The notes beneath the pieces are model-generated. The model had not been told where the DNA came from and made no database searches. It worked only from the letters and a program-made list of their open reading frames with translations. 64,000 nucleotides of DNA. Origin: an uncultured Candidatus Saccharibacteria bacterium. Lineage in GTDB: Bacteria > Patescibacteriota > Minisyncoccia > Phycocordibacterales > UBA9973. Where the stretch lies: assembly GCA_964482735.1 (NCBI GenBank), contig CAYZYV010000001.1, forward strand, positions 80,172 through 144,171, in the 5' to 3' direction. Positions 28,050-36,386 of this stretch are shown here, piece by piece. Within the stretch, counting starts at the first letter, position 1. Each line of letters begins with the position of its first letter. The translations under genes were made by a program, and so were the position numbers.

Positions 28050-29192
28050 TTAAAAATTAAACAAATTTGAGAAGAAAAGATATTCTCTTTTTAATTCTTC
28101 TTTACCATAAAGGCTAAACCATTTTTGAGCCCCGAGAGAGTACAATTCTCTAAAATTAGAATTAGCTTCTAATTCAGAGACGTTATGGCTTTCGTTTCCG
28201 AATAATTCTTCCAGTGTGTATTGCATACAATACGGCAACCTGTATGTCGCATCCGCGTCGATAAGAAAAGTCTCTGCTATACACATACTTATAGGAACAT
28301 ATTCGATTCTAATACCATCAATAAGGAAGCTGACACAACTAGAATCAACTAAGACCGTATCTTTTTTGATTTTATTATTTCTCGTAGTTAACATGAACTT
28401 TTTTAAATCTTCTAGTTTATAAAATCTTAGAAAGATTTTACCTTCTCCGGCAAAGGAGTAAATTTTCTTGTATTGATTCCAAAAGGCACTATAATCATCC
28501 AAGACAAAATCGGAATCCTTTGTAACAACTTCAGACGCAGGAGTTACATGTATTTCGTCAACAAGATTATTAGCCAACAAATAATTAGCTGTTTTCTCAA
28601 AATCACAAAAGTTAATTTTTGTGAGAGTAAACAAGCTAGTTACTTTTTTAGCGTAAGACCTCGCCTCTCTTAGCCCAACGACAGCCTCTTCAAAAGACTT
28701 GTTCGAATTTCTCTGAATGTTATGAACTTTTTCCATTCCATCTAAAGAGATGTCAATCCAATCAAATAAGAGACTGCTTTCTTTTAAAATCTTTCCTTGT
28801 TTAATATAAGAGCCATTATCCAATAATCCGATACAGATGTCTGGTCTTGTCTCTTTTATTTTTTTCATTACGGGAATATGCCATCCTTGTAAGATTCTCC
28901 CCTCGTGAACAACAAAAGAATTTTTTGGAAGCTGAGATACAATGTTTAAAATTTTTTGTTCTAAACAATTATTCTCAGATATAACACGAGAAGACTTTTC
29001 TCTTTGAAAAAAACAATGTTTGCAGTTAAGATTACAAGTCCTTTCCATTATCAGAGAACAGATTTTTGGATATTCTCTTTCTAGAGATTTTTCAAGGCCC
29101 CAAATGTTCTTGTGGAAAATATGACTTGAGGTCATTATTTGAAACCATTTATCTATTGTTCCCATATATCTAATTTTTAAATTTTTAAACAA
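28050..29192 (-). CDS. Radical SAM protein
   Basis: CNLNCKHC (CxxxCxxC), ISLDG..HNIQR; C-terminal C..FLIDAD..LPYC twitch-like; start may be ATG 29165. Confidence 0.88.
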   Translation of the reverse strand: MFKNLKIRYMGTIDKWFQIMTSSHIFHKNIWGLEKSLEREYPKICSLIMERTCNLNCKHCFFQREKSSRVISENNCLEQKILNIVSQLPKNSFVVHEGRILQGWHIPVMKKIKETRPDICIGLLDNGSYIKQGKILKESSLLFDWIDISLDGMEKVHNIQRNSNKSFEEAVVGLREARSYAKKVTSLFTLTKINFCDFEKTANYLLANNLVDEIHVTPASEVVTKDSDFVLDDYSAFWNQYKKIYSFAGEGKIFLRFYKLEDLKKFMLTTRNNKIKKDTVLVDSSCVSFLIDGIRIEYVPISMCIAETFLIDADATYRLPYCMQYTLEELFGNESHNVSELEANSNFRELYSLGAQKWFSLYGKEELKREYLFFSNLFNF

Positions 29193-29382
29193 CTTTTGAT
29201 TAAATTATAAATAAATATACTAATTGGTCAAATAAAGTCAGATAAAATAACAGATAAACGTTAATTTAATCATTGGTTTACAACGTGTTTTGTTAATATA
29301 CTATAGTGTTGTCAGTTTAGTTGACATTTTTAATTAATAGAATACAATATAATTATTAATCTTTTAGGAAAAATAAGAAAAA

Positions 29383-30120
29383 ATGAGCACAATTATTAAC
29401 ACCTTAATGGATCTTGGCCTTACAAACAAAGAAGCCAGTCTTTATTATGCCCTACTAAGGAAAGGAAGGTCTACTGTCCTAGAATTAGCCAAGGAATCTG
29501 GTCTTAAAAGGCCAACGGTTTATTTAACTTTGGATTCATTGAGAAATAAAGGTTTAATTTTAAAAATACCATACGCCAAGAAATCAGTTTATATAGCAAA
29601 GGAGCCGGACGAGTTTTTCAGAGATACTTACAACAAGATAAAGAGAGCTGGTGACAATCTGTCTCAAATAAAAGCCCTTTCTAAAAAGGAAGATAAGGTT
29701 TTTGTTAGATATTACGAAGGAGAGGGAGAGGTCAAAGAATCACTTTTCTACAGAATAGAAGAATTAAAAGGAACCGAAGACGTTGGTTTTTTTGCTAAAG
29801 CTGAAGAGATTAGTCCTTTTTTAATAAAATCATCACACCAATGGAGAGAAGAAAGTAAACACAGAAATATAAAAGTGAAAGGAATTGCTCCTTTTCACCC
29901 TACATTAGAAGAATTTAGAAAAACAGATAAAAATCTAGATCAAGTTTTTAAATCTATACCGATTAGTCTGTACTCTTCTAACTGTTCCATAGATGCCACT
30001 GATTTATTTGTAAGGATTGTTTTATTTAACGAAAATCAATCAGTTATTATAGAAAATAAAGAAATTGTAAAAACAATAAAACAAATTTTTAATATCTGTT
30101 GGGAAAGTATTAAAAATTAA
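29383..30120 (+). CDS. TrmB-family transcriptional regulator
   Basis: LGLTNKEASLYYALL..LAKESGLKRPTVY; RYYEG. Confidence 0.88.
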   Translation: MSTIINTLMDLGLTNKEASLYYALLRKGRSTVLELAKESGLKRPTVYLTLDSLRNKGLILKIPYAKKSVYIAKEPDEFFRDTYNKIKRAGDNLSQIKALSKKEDKVFVRYYEGEGEVKESLFYRIEELKGTEDVGFFAKAEEISPFLIKSSHQWREESKHRNIKVKGIAPFHPTLEEFRKTDKNLDQVFKSIPISLYSSNCSIDATDLFVRIVLFNENQSVIIENKEIVKTIKQIFNICWESIKN

Positions 30121-30156
30121 TTATTTCTCAACGAGGTTTTTTGATATAATAATTCC

Positions 30157-30873
30157 ATGAGAATATCAGTTTTAATCATTGCGCATAATGAGGAAGAAAT
30201 AATTAAAAAATGTCTTTACTCTGCTATAAACCAAACCGTTAAACCAGATGAGATTATTTTAGTTGCCCATAATTGTACAGATAGGACGATTGAAATTGCT
30301 CAGGAGTTTAAAACAATAAAGATAATTCGATTTGATGGACCTCGAGGCACTGCTTACCCTAGAATAGAAGGATTGTCTCACGTATCGAATGAAAATGACA
30401 TAATTCTATGTATAGATGGTGATTGTGTAGCTAAAGAAAACTGGGTTGAAGAAATGTCGCACACTTTGAATCTCAACAACAACATTTTGGTTGGAAGTTA
30501 TATCAAATTTAAGGGCGATTTATTTTTATCAATTTCTAATATATTTAATAAAATAAAATGTAAAACTTCTGGAGAAAAAGCAGTTCGCTGGCTATGGGGA
30601 GGAAGTTTCGCCTTTTGGAATAAAGATAAGGATTTAGTAAAAAATATATTTGAAAAAACAATAGAATTATCAAGGGATTTACAACTTAGTAGAAATCCTG
30701 AAGACTTCTTACTTGCAAAGTTTTTAAAGAAAAAAGGAAACATAGAAATCACAAATAAAACTTTTGTGGTAGCTATGGCTAAAGAAAAATCTATTTTTGA
30801 ATCTTTCAAAAGGAATAGAGAGAATAACAAAAATGCTGAAAGGATAGAAAAATACTTTTTAACCTTAAAATAA
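30157..30873 (+). CDS. Glycosyltransferase family 2
   Basis: ISVLIIAHNEE, DGD, GGSFA, ED motifs. Confidence 0.88.
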   Translation: MRISVLIIAHNEEEIIKKCLYSAINQTVKPDEIILVAHNCTDRTIEIAQEFKTIKIIRFDGPRGTAYPRIEGLSHVSNENDIILCIDGDCVAKENWVEEMSHTLNLNNNILVGSYIKFKGDLFLSISNIFNKIKCKTSGEKAVRWLWGGSFAFWNKDKDLVKNIFEKTIELSRDLQLSRNPEDFLLAKFLKKKGNIEITNKTFVVAMAKEKSIFESFKRNRENNKNAERIEKYFLTLK

Positions 30874-30945
30874 AGGTTATTTTGCTTGACAAAATCACAA
30901 AAACGTGTATACTCTATATGAAAACCTTAAAAAACATTTACAGCT

Positions 30946-31287
30946 ATGACAAAAACACAAGAAAGGTACTCGGATGAGGACCTTAATTTCTTCCGCGGGA
31001 TTATTCTCGAAAAGCTTTCTGCAGCAAAAGCTGAGTACAAAATCCTTACAGGAGCTGCGTATGATGATGACCCCAAAGATCTTGGGGAACGATCAAAGGA
31101 TGATGAGTCGAAAGACTTAAATTCCATCCTAGCGAAAAGGCAGAAAAAGTTCATTGAGGGACTGGAAGGTGCCCTCATAAGAATCGAGCAGAAAACTTAC
31201 GGGATTTGCCGTAAAACCGGCAAACTAATCCCAAAAGAGAGGCTTATCCTTGTTCCTCATGCTACACTGTGTGCCGAGGAAAAATAA
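30946..31287 (+). CDS. DksA/TraR-family protein (two-Cys variant)
   Basis: ALIRIEQKTYGICRKTGKLIPKERLILVPHATLC. Confidence 0.85.
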   Translation: MTKTQERYSDEDLNFFRGIILEKLSAAKAEYKILTGAAYDDDPKDLGERSKDDESKDLNSILAKRQKKFIEGLEGALIRIEQKTYGICRKTGKLIPKERLILVPHATLCAEEK

Positions 31288-31352
31288 TTTATCTCAAAAA
31301 GACGTAAAGCGCCCAAGCAATATAGCAAGGGCGCTTTTTTTATTTTTAATAT

Positions 31353-32540
31353 TTATTTTTCTTTAGATAATCGTAATGTTTCTTTGGCGATTTCTTCCAT
31401 TTCATCTGTTTTGACAATCAAAACCTTGGCCTTGGAATCTTTTTTACTTATTTCTACTTCTACTCCTTCAGACTTATCGTTTATTTCATTATCTATTTCT
31501 ATTCCCAAAAATTCCATATCTTTACATATTCGGTCTCTCATAATAAAAGATCTTTCCCCTACTGTCCCAGCTAAGATTAGAAGATCCAAGCCTCCCAGGA
31601 TAGCAGACATCTTACCAATCTGTTGTTTTACTCGATTAACATAAACACGTAGTGCCAAAGCAGAATCTTCGTGTCCGTCTTTTTCGTATTGTAACAATTC
31701 TCGGATATCAGAGCTTTTACCTGAAAGTCCAAGTAGTCCACATTCATTATTTAAATACTTTTCCATTTTTCTAGGACCCTTCTTTAATTTTTCAGACAAG
31801 TAAAGAATAGCTCCTGCATCTATATCTCCAACTCTCGTTGCCATGACAAGACCAGGTAAAGGTGTGAACCCCATTGAAGTATCTATACTCTGACCATTTT
31901 TAACAGCCGTTACACTTCCCCCTCCGCCCAAGTGACAAACAACAATTTTTTCTGGAAGATTACCTAGTGTTTTCTCTGCTTTAGAGACAACAGACTGAAC
32001 CGAGATTCCATGATATCCGAACATTTTCAATCCAAGTTTTCGGCTATCATTTATTGGAATTGCATAAAGCCTACCGTGATCAGGAATAGTTGAGTGAAAT
32101 GCACTATCAGAAACTCCATAGATTGGGAATTTTTCACCAAAGGATTTTCTTATTGTTTTTATTTCTTCAAGAGCTGGTCCTAGGTGAAGTGGAACTTTTT
32201 TTAAAGCCACTTTTGCAAGTTTCATGTATTCTTTATCTATAAGACGGTTGGTCAAGAAGTAATCTCCTGGGGCAACAATTCTTATCCCCACACTATCAAT
32301 GTCTGACTTTTTTTCTATAATTTTATTTTTTACCAACGAATCTATAATAAAATTTATAGCCTCAACATAATTCTTTTTTGTTATTTCTGTTTTTTCTTTT
32401 TTATCATCAAAAAATTCAGTTACAATCGGACTGCCATTTTCCATTTCGAAGTGAGCAGTATATACTCTCTCTTCATCTTTATAAAATGCATACTTTTTTG
32501 ATGCACTTCCTGTATTTACAATCAAATATTTCTTTTGCAT
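31353..32540 (-). CDS. ackA: Acetate kinase
   Basis: VNTGSASKK, GYHGIS, CHLGGG, TSMGFTP; start MQKKYL. Confidence 0.92.
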   Translation of the reverse strand: MQKKYLIVNTGSASKKYAFYKDEERVYTAHFEMENGSPIVTEFFDDKKEKTEITKKNYVEAINFIIDSLVKNKIIEKKSDIDSVGIRIVAPGDYFLTNRLIDKEYMKLAKVALKKVPLHLGPALEEIKTIRKSFGEKFPIYGVSDSAFHSTIPDHGRLYAIPINDSRKLGLKMFGYHGISVQSVVSKAEKTLGNLPEKIVVCHLGGGGSVTAVKNGQSIDTSMGFTPLPGLVMATRVGDIDAGAILYLSEKLKKGPRKMEKYLNNECGLLGLSGKSSDIRELLQYEKDGHEDSALALRVYVNRVKQQIGKMSAILGGLDLLILAGTVGERSFIMRDRICKDMEFLGIEIDNEINDKSEGVEVEISKKDSKAKVLIVKTDEMEEIAKETLRLSKEK

Positions 32541-32556
32541 AAGTTTTTTCAATGTA

Positions 32557-32735
32557 ATAGTTTGCAATAAAAATAATTTGATTTTCGCTGTCGCGTAGTT
32601 TCCCTTATCGTCTGTTCGCTTAAAAGCTCACATCGACGATTTCTTTCAGAACCAGACAAATCGTAAAGTAGTTTACGATTTGTCCCACTCTGGGGTAAAG
32701 CGCAAGAAAATTAAATTATTTTTATGAAAAACTAT
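32557..32735 (-). repeat. ~180-bp palindromic element with nested hairpins in the ackA leader
   Basis: ~30-bp AT-rich imperfect terminal arms; internal GCGACAGC and GAGC-n-GCGAA hairpins. Confidence 0.65.
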
Positions 32736-32833
32736 CCATTATATTTATTTTTTAAAATTAATAACCAATAGAGTATAGCACTTTTTATCTCTTTGTGCTC
32801 ATCAATTGTTAAAAATTTTGGTATAATGAACAT

Positions 32834-32965
32834 ATGAAAATAGAACTATCAAAAGCACAAACCATAATACTTCTTATGATTTTTATTGCTATTGGTGGAA
32901 TAGTTCTATATAGCGATACCAACCCAAACAATTTTTCACCCCTAGACCATGTATTTAAACGATAA
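32834..32965 (+). CDS. Small single-TM protein (43 aa) overlapping the recG start
   Basis: MKIELSKAQTIILLMIFIAIGGIVLYSD...; TATAAT 6 nt upstream. Confidence 0.5.
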   Translation: MKIELSKAQTIILLMIFIAIGGIVLYSDTNPNNFSPLDHVFKR

Positions 32966-35219
32966 AATAGAATCTCATTTTCGAATAGATATTAACCAAA
33001 AGAAAGCTCTAATAAAGCTAGGGCTTAATACTATTTCTGATTTGTTATTTTACTTTCCTTTTCGGTACTCAAACATAAGTGAATTCAGAAATATCAATAC
33101 TTTAGAAGATGGAGAATTGGTGACCATCATCGGCAAGGTTTCTAATCTTAAGACCAAGAAAGGGTTTAAGAGCAAAATCCCTATGGGACAAGCAACAATT
33201 ACTGATATGACAGGAAAAATAAACATTATCTGGTTCCACCAGCCATATTTAGCAAAAATGATAAAAGATGGAGCAACTGTTAAGGTAACAGGTAAGGTCT
33301 CAAATAGCAAAACTTACGGATTAACTTTAACTAATCCAGAAATTAGTAAAGAGGATATTTTGCCAATAGATATTAGTGATTCTTTGTTTAATAACCAGGA
33401 AAACATTTCTCAATTTGGCTTCCCTATATACGGAGAAACAAGAGGCATAACTTCTAAGTGGATTTATCATGCTATTAATAAAATCCTTAAGCAAGACTTT
33501 ATAAAGGGAATTTCAGACTATTTACCAAAAGAGATTTTAGATAAATACAAATTACCAACCCTTCACACTGCTCTTGTCTGGATACACACCCCACAAAAAA
33601 AAGAACATGCTGAAATTGCAAGAAAAAGATTCGCTTTCGAAGAAGTTTTCTTTATCCAATTGTCTCGATTACAAGAAAGAAAAAGGTACGAGGAGCTATT
33701 TTCTTATAAATTAAAAATAGACAATGACGATATCAAGGACTTCACTTCTCGTTTTCCATTCTCTCCCACCCTCGCACAAAAAGAAACCATTAAAACAATT
33801 TTGGATGATTTAAAGAAAGATAAACCAATGTCTCGTCTTATCGAAGGTGATGTTGGAAGCGGAAAAACTTTTGTCGCTGCGACAATTGCATATTCGGTTA
33901 TCAAGAATAGACCAGCTGGCCAAGATTTTGGAAATATTCAAGTCGCCTATATGGCTCCGACAGAAGTCTTAGCTACTCAACTCTTCGAAAATTTTATAAA
34001 ATATTTTGATCATACTGGAATATCCATAGGTCTAATTACTTCTTCAGGATGTCGTAAGTTTCCTAGCAAAAGTGCTGCTTGGGAAAATGGGAAACAAATT
34101 CACACTTGGACAACTATTTCTAAAAACCAGTTATTAAAATGGGTTAAAAATGGAGAAATACCTATTGTTATCGGAACACACTCTCTGATTTCTAAATCAG
34201 TTGATTTTGAAGATTTAGGTTTAGTTGTTATTGATGAGCAACATCGCTTTGGAACAAACCAAAGAATGAAACTAGCTAAAAAAGAAGGCCACTCCCCTCA
34301 CTACCTTTCCATGACTGCCACCCCTATTCCTCGAACTCTCGCTTTGACTATCTACGGAGATCTTGATTTATCTATCATAGACGAAATGCCAGCCGGAAGA
34401 AAAAAAGTTATCACTGAAATAGTTCCTGAAAATAAAAGGGAGTTGGCCTACGACAAAATTCGTGAAGAATTAAAAGCTGGCCGTCAACTTTATGTTATTT
34501 GCCCAAAAATCGAAAATGGAGATGGTGGCGAGATCGAGATTATTGATTCCGAGAGACCAGCGAGTGCGACGGCACGAGCTCGAGGAATTTTTCAGCAGAA
34601 AAATATCCGTGCTCTCGGAATCAATAATCTCGATCTCAAAAGCGTATCTTCCGAAGCAAAAAGATTAAAGAAAGAAGTTTTCCCTGAATACGAAATTGCA
34701 ATTATGCACAGTAAAATGAGTAAACAAAAAAAAGAACAGGTCATGAAAGACTTCGAAGATCATAAGATTGATATACTCGTCTCAACTTCTGTAATTGAAG
34801 TTGGAGTTAATGTTCCAAATGCCACAGTTATCGTTATCGAAGGAGCAGAAAGATTTGGGCTCGCTCAACTCCACCAGCTTCGTGGAAGAGTTATTAGATC
34901 AACTTATCAATCGTATTGTTACCTGTTTGCTAATGCAAAAGCGGATAAGACAATCGACAGATTGAAAGCACTTACCAAAGCTGCTAATGGTTTTGAACTT
35001 GCCGAATTAGATTTACAACTTCGAGGAGCAGGACTTCTTTCTGGAGACAAACAATGGGGTGTAAGTGACCTAGCTATGGAGGCTATGAAAAATATAAAAA
35101 TGGTAGAAGCTGCCCGTAGTGAAGCAAAAGAAATCATAGAAAAAGACGTTGAACTGAGAAATCACCAAACCCTTGCAAACACATTAAAAAACAAGCATCT
35201 AAACTTGCATTTTGAATAA
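32949..35219 (+). CDS. recG: ATP-dependent DNA helicase RecG
   Basis: GDVGSGKT, DEQHRFG, MTATPIPRTL, QLHQLRGRV. Confidence 0.96.
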   Translation: MYLNDKIESHFRIDINQKKALIKLGLNTISDLLFYFPFRYSNISEFRNINTLEDGELVTIIGKVSNLKTKKGFKSKIPMGQATITDMTGKINIIWFHQPYLAKMIKDGATVKVTGKVSNSKTYGLTLTNPEISKEDILPIDISDSLFNNQENISQFGFPIYGETRGITSKWIYHAINKILKQDFIKGISDYLPKEILDKYKLPTLHTALVWIHTPQKKEHAEIARKRFAFEEVFFIQLSRLQERKRYEELFSYKLKIDNDDIKDFTSRFPFSPTLAQKETIKTILDDLKKDKPMSRLIEGDVGSGKTFVAATIAYSVIKNRPAGQDFGNIQVAYMAPTEVLATQLFENFIKYFDHTGISIGLITSSGCRKFPSKSAAWENGKQIHTWTTISKNQLLKWVKNGEIPIVIGTHSLISKSVDFEDLGLVVIDEQHRFGTNQRMKLAKKEGHSPHYLSMTATPIPRTLALTIYGDLDLSIIDEMPAGRKKVITEIVPENKRELAYDKIREELKAGRQLYVICPKIENGDGGEIEIIDSERPASATARARGIFQQKNIRALGINNLDLKSVSSEAKRLKKEVFPEYEIAIMHSKMSKQKKEQVMKDFEDHKIDILVSTSVIEVGVNVPNATVIVIEGAERFGLAQLHQLRGRVIRSTYQSYCYLFANAKADKTIDRLKALTKAANGFELAELDLQLRGAGLLSGDKQWGVSDLAMEAMKNIKMVEAARSEAKEIIEKDVELRNHQTLANTLKNKHLNLHFE
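34530..34637 (+). mobile_element. 108-bp palindromic element in-frame in recG
   Basis: Perfect 26-bp inverted arms (34530-34555 and 34612-34637) around a 56-bp two-hairpin core. Confidence 0.85.
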
Positions 35220-35450
35220 AAAAAGGGAGAACAACTCGTGCTCCCCCTCGCATACCATCAGATTATTCTGGTGATATTTTTTATCTTTCATAAAATCTTT
35301 TCTATTCTTATTCAGAATAAAACCCGCTTTCGTTTGTAACTACTAACGACAATTTATTTCAGATAGAGCTTGATCCTTTAATTGAAGAAGATTGCTCGAT
35401 TCTATCTCCGGATAAAATCAAAGTACCACAGCACAAACAAAAAATCAACC

Positions 35451-35485
35451 ATTATCACTTTGAAACGGCCGTCAGATATGATAAT
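35451..35485. repeat. Palindrome upstream of PaaX-like gene 1
   Basis: attatca..aacggccgtcagat.tgataat; repeated at 36011-36049. Confidence 0.7.
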
Positions 35486-35494
35486 ATATAAAGT

Positions 35495-35992
35495 ATGAAA
35501 AATGATATTAGTTTAAATGTTGAAGATAAATTACAAAGTATTGGTGATTTATTAATAGCAATGCTTTGTAGCGCTAGAAATTCAAAACGTTTTCGTTCTA
35601 TAATTAGAGAAAGAGAGTTTATGAGATACAACAAGGAAAGTGTTCGCGTTTCCCTAACTAGACTAAGCAAGAAAGGATATGTAAGAAATTTAAACGGTGA
35701 GTGGAAAATAACCGATAAAGGAAAAAAATACTCACAATTTAATAACAAAAATGAATACATGTCTTCACCTTTTGAGAAAAGAGCAGAATGTAATACTATT
35801 TTATCTTTTGATATTTCAGAAAACTCAAGAAAAATAAGAAACTGGCTTAGAAACCAACTAAAAATTTTTGGGTATAAAATGCTACAGCAAAGTCTTTGGA
35901 TTGGACCAGGACCATTACCTCAAGAATTTCTAAAAAAACTTAAAGAATTAAAAATTCGTGAAAATATAAAAATATTCACAGTTAGTAAATAA
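35495..35992 (+). CDS. PaaX-like regulator (wHTH plus Cas2-like domain)
   Basis: SLTRLSKKGYV..ITDKG; SFDISE..RNWLRNQLKIFGYKMLQQSLW. Confidence 0.8.
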   Translation: MKNDISLNVEDKLQSIGDLLIAMLCSARNSKRFRSIIREREFMRYNKESVRVSLTRLSKKGYVRNLNGEWKITDKGKKYSQFNNKNEYMSSPFEKRAECNTILSFDISENSRKIRNWLRNQLKIFGYKMLQQSLWIGPGPLPQEFLKKLKELKIRENIKIFTVSK

Positions 35993-36010
35993 AAAATAAT
36001 TTTTACATTC

Positions 36011-36049
36011 TTATTATCATTATTAACGGCCGTCAGATGATGATAATAA
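36011..36049. repeat. Palindrome downstream of PaaX-like gene 1
   Basis: ttattatcat..aacggccgtcagatgatgataataa. Confidence 0.7.
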
Positions 36050-36115
36050 ATAAAAAATAAATCTATCTTTGGAAGATATATAAATAAACTTTTTAACCTA
36101 TTAAAATTACTTTTG

Positions 36116-36189
36116 TCCGTCCTCTAGGATTCGAACCTAGGACCCCAGAGGTATAAGCTCTGTGCTCTAACCAGCTGAGCTAAGGACGG
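36116..36189 (-). tRNA. tRNA-Ile(TAT)
   Basis: CCGTCCT..CAGAG CT TAT AC CTCTG..TTCGAAT..AGGACGG A; all stems paired. Confidence 0.88.
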
Positions 36190-36239
36190 AAGTCTGGTTT
36201 ATTATTTAAAACTAAACTATTACAACCATACACTTCCCG

Positions 36240-36273
36240 CCTAACCAAAACAGCTAAGGACGGAAGTCTGGTT
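36240..36273 (-). repeat. Upstream duplicate of the tRNA-Ile 5' flank and 5' end
   Basis: aaccagacttccgtccttagct followed by GTTTTGGTTAGG. Confidence 0.75.
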
Positions 36274-36386
36274 AAAGACATATTAACCAAAAAAACAGTT
36301 ATTTGCAAATTTTACCGAACACAATTAAAGAAACAAGGCCTTGAACAGTTAATTATAAAAACCTTACTTTCGTAAGGTTTTTATAA

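Noticed and set aside
35495-35992. Cas2 call for the PaaX-like proteins
   Set aside because: The Cas2-like fold is fused to a wHTH, with no array or other cas genes; fits the PaaX-like family
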